Positions 7,093 to 12,881 of a stretch of 13,912 nucleotides of DNA are shown here, piece by piece. The stretch comes from a candidate division WOR-3 bacterium (GTDB lineage: Bacteria > Hydrothermota > Tepidihabitantia > Tepidihabitantales > Tepidihabitantaceae), in NCBI GenBank assembly GCA_965648935.1, contig CBFGIY010000065.1, positions 1 through 13,912 on the forward strand. Direction: 5' to 3'. The position numbers and the translations under genes are program-made. Numbering within the stretch: the stretch's first letter is position 1; each line of letters opens with the position of its first letter. Under the pieces are notes generated by a model. It was not told the origin of the DNA. It worked only from the letters and a program-made list of their open reading frames with translations, and did not search any database.

Positions 7093-9411
7093 ATGCCGCA
7101 GCCATCAATGCAGGGGTCACCACTGCCGCCGGCCCGGCCGGGCCGGCCCCGCACCGAATCCCGACTTCTCTGCCGCGCCCGGCGCGTCCTGTTTCCGCTC
7201 GTTCTCTTTGCCGCCTTCGCGCGCGCCGCGTCGTTTTCGCCGGCCTGGTCCGCGCCGGTGCCGGGCACGGTGCGCTCGGCCGCGGTCTGCCCGCGCCCGG
7301 ACAGCACCGAGGAACTCTGGCTGCTTCTGTCCGACGGCCGGCTCTGCGCGGCCGGCCTGGCCGACACGCTGCGCGCCGCCGGGCTCGCCCCGGCCGGCGC
7401 GACCGCCATCGCCGCCTGCCCGGACAGCGGGCTGCTGGTATTCGCCTGCCCGCGCGAGCTGGTCGCCCGCGACCGCGCCGGCGCGGTGATCTGGCGCCGG
7501 CCCCTCGACCCGCCGCTTGCGGCGGACAGCGCCTGGTGCGCCGGCGCGCGGCATCTCGTGCTCTGGTCGGGCGGCGCGCCCCACGTCGTCCAGCTTGATG
7601 CCGGCCGGGCCGCGGCCCGGCGACTGGACTGCGGCTTCGTACCGCGCTGGGCCCGGCTCGCCGACCTGAACGGCGAGGGCACGCCCGAGCTGGTGGCTTC
7701 GGACGGCGCGCGCCTGTCCGTCCAGTACCTGACCGGCGCCCGCAGCCTGGCGGCGGCGTGGCGCGCTGCGGACCCGGCCGCGCTGGCCGACCAGGTCGCC
7801 GGCCCGGCCCTGTTCGACGCCGCGGATATCGACTCTGACGGCGCGGTGGAACTGACCGTGCTCACCGACCGGTCCGAGGTTGCCGGGCCGGACGGCGTCC
7901 CGCTCTACGATTCGCTGCGCTGCCTCGCCGGCCTGACTCTCGAACAGGCCTGGTGCGTCGGCGCCGACGGCGAAGCCCTGCCCGGCAAGCTGTCCGCGGT
8001 TGCCGCGGCCAGCGGCAGGGTCTATGTCGTCGGCACGTCCGACCGCGGCGCCTGGGCCGCCCGGATCCGTCCGGATGGGACCGTCGCCGCCCTGCGCTGG
8101 CTCGAGCCGCGCGGCGCGGTTCATCCATTGACCCTGCTCCCGGTCGGGACAAGGCCGGCCGCGCTGCTGCGCGGCCCGGGCGGGGCCGACGCTCTGCACC
8201 TGCTCGACTGGACCATGGCCGGCGCGGCCGACCCGGCGAGCAGCGGCGTGCGCTTCGCGCGCGCGGCCGCGCTGCGCCTGGACCGCGACACCTTTCCCGA
8301 CCTCCTCGTCATCGGAGCCGGGCCGGAGGGCGAACTGCGCTCTGCGGCATTCATCAACGGGCTGGGCGCGGTTCTGGCCGAACTGGAGCAGGCCCGCGCC
8401 GCGCTGCGCACCGCGCCGCGACGCGACATCTGGGCGGCGCGCCGCATCCTGCAGCGGATGAACACGCTGCGCGAGGAGCTCGAACCCGGCTCGACCCGCA
8501 CCGCCGACGAGCTCGCCCACCTGCGCCGGGCCCGGCGCACGCACATGGCCTACCGCGGCGCGGCCGTGTTCCTGGTCCTGCTCGGCGCCGCCCTGCTCGC
8601 GTTCAGCGTCATCCACTTCATCCGCCGCGCGCGGTCCGGCCGGCGCGCCCGCCAGGTCGAGAACGCGCCCCTGCCGGTGCGCGCGGCCCTTGCCGTGGAC
8701 CTCGTGGCGCTCGATCACAACTTCGTTTCCAAGGGCAACGACACGGGCGCGATCGAGCGGCTCATCGAGGTGCGCGAGCGCCACGGCCTGGGCGCCGACC
8801 GCGACCTCGGGCAGGTCGCCGACCGGTTCGAACCGTACTACACCGACACCATAGGCCGCCTCGTCGCCGGCACGCCGACCCTGCCCCTGCTTTCGACCAT
8901 CGAGCGCGCCGCCCGCGCCGAGCTGCGCGCCCGGCCCCTGGAAGCCATCGAGCTGAGCCGGCCCGCTTACCTCGCGCTCGAGCGGCGCGAGGGATTCCGC
9001 ATCGTGCTCATCCGCAACCGCGAGTATCCCGACGCGCTCCGGCGCATGCGGCTGCTCTCGTCAAGCGGGCTCCAGGCCATAATCGAGCACATCGTGGTCG
9101 ACCACATCCGCTACGCCCGGGCCCACGCCGAGGTCGTGCTCGAATACACCGTGAACACGCAGTGGAACCGCAAGGTGTTTGTCCAGTTCGTTTCGGACAG
9201 CGAGCGCGCGGTCGATTTCCGCCGCCGCGACGGCCACCTTGTCAGCGAGCTTGACGAGCTCGCGGCCCGGCTGCCCGGCGTCATCGACGTCCCCGGCCCG
9301 GACTACGAGCCGGCCGAGCCGGGCGAGAAGCTCTGGCTGCGCATCACCGACCTCGTCGCGGTGCTCGAAGAGACCCGCGCCCGGCTGCGCGGCAGCGGCG
9401 GTATGGAATGA
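7093..9411 (+). CDS. Membrane sensor-like protein: signal peptide, extracellular FG-GAP/beta-propeller-like region, one TM helix, cytoplasmic degenerate HisKA/HATPase-like domain
   Basis: Signal-like RARRVLFPLVLFAAFARA. Ca-blade motifs ADLNGEGTPELV, ADIDSDGAVELTV, LDRDTFPDLLV. TM GAAVFLVLLGAALLAFSVIHFI. C-terminal LQAIIEHIVVDHIRYA...VFVQFVSDS. Start uncertain (7093 or 7108); the TTG at 7051 is the -35 box. The kinase-fold call is inference. Confidence 0.7.
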   Translation: MPQPSMQGSPLPPARPGRPRTESRLLCRARRVLFPLVLFAAFARAASFSPAWSAPVPGTVRSAAVCPRPDSTEELWLLLSDGRLCAAGLADTLRAAGLAPAGATAIAACPDSGLLVFACPRELVARDRAGAVIWRRPLDPPLAADSAWCAGARHLVLWSGGAPHVVQLDAGRAAARRLDCGFVPRWARLADLNGEGTPELVASDGARLSVQYLTGARSLAAAWRAADPAALADQVAGPALFDAADIDSDGAVELTVLTDRSEVAGPDGVPLYDSLRCLAGLTLEQAWCVGADGEALPGKLSAVAAASGRVYVVGTSDRGAWAARIRPDGTVAALRWLEPRGAVHPLTLLPVGTRPAALLRGPGGADALHLLDWTMAGAADPASSGVRFARAAALRLDRDTFPDLLVIGAGPEGELRSAAFINGLGAVLAELEQARAALRTAPRRDIWAARRILQRMNTLREELEPGSTRTADELAHLRRARRTHMAYRGAAVFLVLLGAALLAFSVIHFIRRARSGRRARQVENAPLPVRAALAVDLVALDHNFVSKGNDTGAIERLIEVRERHGLGADRDLGQVADRFEPYYTDTIGRLVAGTPTLPLLSTIERAARAELRARPLEAIELSRPAYLALERREGFRIVLIRNREYPDALRRMRLLSSSGLQAIIEHIVVDHIRYARAHAEVVLEYTVNTQWNRKVFVQFVSDSERAVDFRRRDGHLVSELDELAARLPGVIDVPGPDYEPAEPGEKLWLRITDLVAVLEETRARLRGSGGME

Positions 9412-9441
9412 GCCGGAACCGCGCCTCGGCCGGTTCTGGTG

Positions 9442-9470
9442 TTGACAAACGGCGGCCGGCCGCTGACAAT
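9442..9470 (+). promoter_or_regulatory. Putative sigma70 promoter of the bEBP gene, probably leaderless
   Basis: TTGACA (9442-9447), 17 nt, GACAAT (9465-9470). ATG 7 nt later at 9478, with no SD. Confidence 0.65.
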
Positions 9471-9477
9471 TGACGCG

Positions 9478-11094
9478 ATGCAGGCAGCGACAGCTTCCGG
9501 CGGGGCGGCGCGGGGCGAGGCGAAACCGGTAATCCTCGTCGTCGACGACCTGCGCTCCAGCTACGACACCCTGGTCCAGCGGATTGGCGCCCACGACAGG
9601 GGTCGGCTCCTCAGCGAGTTCGACTTCCAGTACGCCGGCTCCTACGCCGAGCTCAAGGACTGGTACGACCGCAACCGCGAGCGTTTCGTTGCCCTGATAG
9701 TCCAGGACGTTGACTTCAGCCACGTCACCGACGACTCCAGGCTCGTCGGCTACCCGACGATGCTGCGCGAGATGCCCCGCTCGTTCGACACCCGCGCCCT
9801 GCAGGGCTTCCTCATCCACGCCTACGTCCGCCAGAACAACATCGACCGCATCTCGCCGGTCGTCTTCGTGTCCTGCCGGGTCGGGGTCGAAAGCACGCGC
9901 GAGTTCTCGGAGTTCATCGCCTACCCGGGCTACGGCAACTGCTCGTTCGTGCCCGAGACCGCGGTCGGCGACCAGTACTACCCGCGCATCATCGAAAGCA
10001 TCGACTCGATGGCGCTCCGCCCGCTCGACGCCGAACGGCGCCGCCACTGGCGCGAGCACCACCAGATGGTCATCGGCCGGGCGCGCAAGATGGCCTTCCT
10101 CGCCCACGAGATCGAGCGCATCGGCCGGTCCGACGCGGTCGCGCTGCTGCTCGGCGGCCCGGGCTCGGGCAAGGAGCTGGTCGCCTGCGCCCTGCACCGC
10201 TGCAGCTACCGCTACGCCGACGGCGCCAGCAGCCATCCCCTGACCGTCAACATGGCCGCGCTCGACCACAACCTCATCGAGGACGAGCTGTTCGGCCACG
10301 AGAAGGGCGCGTTCACCGGTGCGGTGGCCGAGCGCGCCGGCATCTTCGAATCGGCGCGCGGCTCGAGCGTGTTCCTCGACGAAATCGGCGACATCGACCA
10401 GGACATCCAGGTCAAGCTCCTGCGCGCGATGGAGTACCACTGGGTCAAGCGGCTCGGCTCGTCGACCGAGATCGAGGTCGACATCCGCATCATCGCCGCC
10501 ACCAACCGCTCGGTCGGCGACCTGCAGTCGCGCTTCCGGCCCGACTTCTACGGCCGGCTGGTCCAGCACTGCATCCTCGTCCCCTCGCTGCGCGACCGCT
10601 GGACCGGCGAGGCCAGCGCCGTGGTCGAGGCCGACCTCGAAGAGATGTTCGAGTACGTCATCGAGCAGATGAACCGCAACCCGCGCCACAAGCGCCGGCT
10701 CAAGATGGAACGCAGCGCGGTCAAATTCGCGCGCCAGCTCGTCGACGAGTACCTCGACGGCGGCAACAACATCTTCGAGGGCAACATCCGCACCCTGCGC
10801 AACCTCATCGAGCGCGCCTACGAGCGAGCCCAGTACGACGGCTCGGCCGAGGTCGGCCTGGGCCACGTCATCTCCACGCTCGGCATGATCAAGTTCATGA
10901 ACATCCAGGCCGGGGCCAAAGGCGAGCCCGGCTCTATCGAGCGCGCGGTCGGCAGCCTCAGGATGGAGCACATCGAGCGCCAGGCCATCATCGAAGCCCT
11001 CGCCCGCGCCGAGAACAACATCTCCCGCGCCGGGGAAATCCTCGGCATCCACCGCGATACCCTGCGCCGCAAGATCGCCGAGTACGGAATCTAG
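9478..11094 (+). CDS. Sigma54-dependent enhancer-binding activator (atypical REC + AAA+ + Fis HTH)
   Basis: Walker A GGPGSGKELVA, ELFGHEKGAFTGA, Walker B VFLDEIGD, RIIAATNR, FRPDFYGRL, GNIRTLRNLIERA, HTH NISRAGEILGIHRDTLRRKI. N-terminal ILVVDD...LIVQD...PVVFVS follows the receiver pattern. Confidence 0.95.
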   Translation: MQAATASGGAARGEAKPVILVVDDLRSSYDTLVQRIGAHDRGRLLSEFDFQYAGSYAELKDWYDRNRERFVALIVQDVDFSHVTDDSRLVGYPTMLREMPRSFDTRALQGFLIHAYVRQNNIDRISPVVFVSCRVGVESTREFSEFIAYPGYGNCSFVPETAVGDQYYPRIIESIDSMALRPLDAERRRHWREHHQMVIGRARKMAFLAHEIERIGRSDAVALLLGGPGSGKELVACALHRCSYRYADGASSHPLTVNMAALDHNLIEDELFGHEKGAFTGAVAERAGIFESARGSSVFLDEIGDIDQDIQVKLLRAMEYHWVKRLGSSTEIEVDIRIIAATNRSVGDLQSRFRPDFYGRLVQHCILVPSLRDRWTGEASAVVEADLEEMFEYVIEQMNRNPRHKRRLKMERSAVKFARQLVDEYLDGGNNIFEGNIRTLRNLIERAYERAQYDGSAEVGLGHVISTLGMIKFMNIQAGAKGEPGSIERAVGSLRMEHIERQAIIEALARAENNISRAGEILGIHRDTLRRKIAEYGI

Positions 11095-11104
11095 ACCCAG
11101 TTCC

Positions 11105-11142
11105 AGCCGCATTTCGCGGCACTGCTGCCGTAAAATACGGCA
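11105..11142. promoter_or_regulatory. Tandem palindromic upstream activator sequences (putative bEBP binding sites)
   Basis: AGCCGCATTTCGCGGCA (11105-11121) and TGCCGTAAAATACGGCA (11126-11142), with a 21-bp period. Centres at about -148 and -127 from the predicted sigma54 TSS. Confidence 0.8.
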
Positions 11143-11196
11143 CTTTTCTGCGTGCCTGTCGCACCTCCTGCGCACCCCATTTTGAAAGATCTGATT

Positions 11197-11209
11197 TATC
11201 AACAAGTTG
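11197..11209 (+). promoter_or_regulatory. IHF binding site
   Basis: TATCAACAAGTTG matches WATCAANNNNTTR exactly. It is preceded by an AT-rich tract and lies between the UAS and the -24/-12 element. Confidence 0.8.
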
Positions 11210-11233
11210 CCGGCGCACACCGGACGGCATACT

Positions 11234-11250
11234 CTGGCACGGAGCTTGCT
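11234..11250 (+). promoter_or_regulatory. Sigma54 (RpoN) -24/-12 promoter
   Basis: CTGGCACGGAGCTTGCT matches YTGGCACG-N4-TTGCW. GG at 11236-11237 and GC at 11248-11249 give a TSS near 11261. Confidence 0.92.
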
Positions 11251-11260
11251 ATATACCGGG

Positions 11261-11431
11261 CGCATGCTGGAATAAGCATGGGGGTTGGAGAGTAAGACCG
11301 AGCCATGCCAAGCTGAGGTCTCTCAAGGGAAGGATGTCGCGCTCCTGAGTCCCCCTCACCAGTCAACACTCTCGACGGGGACCGACGAGAAACGCGGTGC
11401 GCCACTAACCCGGCGCACCGCGCCTCCTTTT
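11261..11431 (+). ncRNA. Putative sigma54-dependent small RNA (~170 nt), family not recognised
   Basis: Bounded by the sigma54 promoter and a terminator-like hairpin. All four ATGs hit a stop within 3-5 codons. Several helices are possible, and tldD has its own promoter downstream. Confidence 0.7.
11393..11431 (+). terminator. Intrinsic terminator
   Basis: Perfect 11-bp stem CGCGGTGCGCC/GGCGCACCGCG (11393-11403/11412-11422), 8-nt loop, then CCTCCTTTT. The stem can extend through GAG(11387-11389)/CTC(11424-11426). The U tract is short. Confidence 0.7.
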
Positions 11432-11453
11432 ACCGGCCCGGCGCAGGGCCGGA

Positions 11454-11482
11454 TTGACAGCGCCGCGTCGCGCGGCTAGCCT
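11454..11482 (+). promoter_or_regulatory. Putative sigma70 promoter of tldDE
   Basis: TTGACA (11454-11459), 17 nt, TAGCCT (11477-11482). RBS GGAGAGG before the ATG at 11509. Confidence 0.65.
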
Positions 11483-11508
11483 GTGTCGGAAACAGCAATG
11501 GAGAGGAT

Positions 11509-12879
11509 ATGGAAAACCTGAAACCCTTCCTGCGGTCGGTCCTCGACGGGCTGGCCGTTGATTATGCAGACATTCGCATAGAAGAGAGCGAGCGCACCGC
11601 GATAGCCTACCGCGGCCGCGAGCTGGATGAGGTCGGCCGCGCGCTCGAGCGCGGCGGCTGCCTGCGCGCGTTCCACCGCGGGAACTGGGCATCGGCGACC
11701 TTCAACGCCGTCGACGACTCGCTTGCCGAACTGGCGCGCGAGGTCGCGGCCCAGGCCGAGGCGCTGCCCGCGCGCGAGGGCGGCCTCCACGCCCTGCCCG
11801 CCTTCGAGGACACGGTCTGCGCCGAATCGGGCTCCGACCCGCGGCGCGTTGCCCTGGGCGAGAAGCAGGCGCTCATCCAGCGCTACAACGAGATACTGCT
11901 CGGTACCCCGGGCGTGACCAGCACCGTTTCGGTCTACGGCGACAAGTGGCAGCGGCTGTCGTTCTACTCGACCGAGGACCGCTACATCTGCCAGGAACGG
12001 GTCTACACGGGATTTCACTGCACGGCGATCGCGCGCGACGGCGCCAATGTCCAGCGCTACTCCGACACTTTCGGCCGCACCGAGGGATTCAATACTCTCG
12101 TCGGCCGCGAGGCGCTGGTCGAGCGCATCGGCCGGGTCGCGGTCGACCTGCTGCGCGCCGAGCCGGTCCGCGCCGGCACCTACACGGTCATCGTCGACCC
12201 GCTGCTCGCCGGCGTGTTCGCGCACGAGGCTTTCGGCCACCTGAGCGAAGCCGACGGCATCGCCGACAACGAGCGGCTGCGCGCCCTGATGAAGCCGGGC
12301 GCGCGCTTCGGGACCGACGAGCTCGCCATCGTCGACGACGGCACCCTGCCCGGCGAGCGCGGCTCGTACCGGTTCGACGACGAGGGCGCGCCCGCCGGCC
12401 GCACCGAGCTGGTCAAGGGCGGCGTGCTCGTCGGCCGGCTCCACGACCGCCAGACCGCGGCCCGGATGGGCGAGGCCGTGACCGGCAATGCGCGGGCGAT
12501 GTCGTACCGCCACGTGCCGGTCGTGCGGATGAGCAACACCTTCATCGAGCCGCGCGGCTGGAACATCGAGGACATGATGGATGGGGTCGAGGACGGGCTG
12601 TACGTCTGCGGCAGCATGGGCGGGAACACCGAGCTGGAATCGTTCACATTCGCGGCCCAGTACGCATGGCGCATCGAGGGCGGCCGCAAGACGCGGCTCC
12701 TGCGCGACGTCACGCTGTCCGGCAACGTCTTCGAAACGATGAAGAACATCGACGCGATCGGCGACGACCTGGTAATTTTCGGCGGGATGGGGATGTGCGG
12801 CAAGGCCGGGCAGGCCGTGCCGGTCGGGCTGGGCGCGCCCCACATCCGCATCCGCAATGTCGTGATCGGGGGGAGGTAG
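11509..12879 (+). CDS. tldD: TldD metalloprotease subunit
   Basis: YADIRIE, HEAFGHLSEAD (HExxxH), FDDEG, TGNARA...RMSNTFIEP, C-terminal CGKAGQAVPVGLGAPHIRI. Confidence 0.93.
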   Translation: MENLKPFLRSVLDGLAVDYADIRIEESERTAIAYRGRELDEVGRALERGGCLRAFHRGNWASATFNAVDDSLAELAREVAAQAEALPAREGGLHALPAFEDTVCAESGSDPRRVALGEKQALIQRYNEILLGTPGVTSTVSVYGDKWQRLSFYSTEDRYICQERVYTGFHCTAIARDGANVQRYSDTFGRTEGFNTLVGREALVERIGRVAVDLLRAEPVRAGTYTVIVDPLLAGVFAHEAFGHLSEADGIADNERLRALMKPGARFGTDELAIVDDGTLPGERGSYRFDDEGAPAGRTELVKGGVLVGRLHDRQTAARMGEAVTGNARAMSYRHVPVVRMSNTFIEPRGWNIEDMMDGVEDGLYVCGSMGGNTELESFTFAAQYAWRIEGGRKTRLLRDVTLSGNVFETMKNIDAIGDDLVIFGGMGMCGKAGQAVPVGLGAPHIRIRNVVIGGR

Positions 12880-12881
12880 CG

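Noticed and set aside
11157..11174. Third UAS copy (TGTCGCA...)
   Set aside because: Only a half-site resembles the consensus and there is no palindromic partner.
9061..11265. 734-aa minus-strand ORF, and similarly 7117..8784, 11476..13101, 12180..13880, 3682..4770, 5043..5996 and 7953..9254
   Set aside because: Antisense or alternate-frame shadows of well-supported genes in GC-rich DNA, with no recognisable motifs.
11285..11479. 64-aa ORF as the product of the sigma54 promoter (for example a TldD/E-processed RiPP precursor)
   Set aside because: TTG start without a proper SD, atypical codon usage, and it runs through the terminator and the tldD promoter. No precursor-like composition and no modification enzymes nearby.
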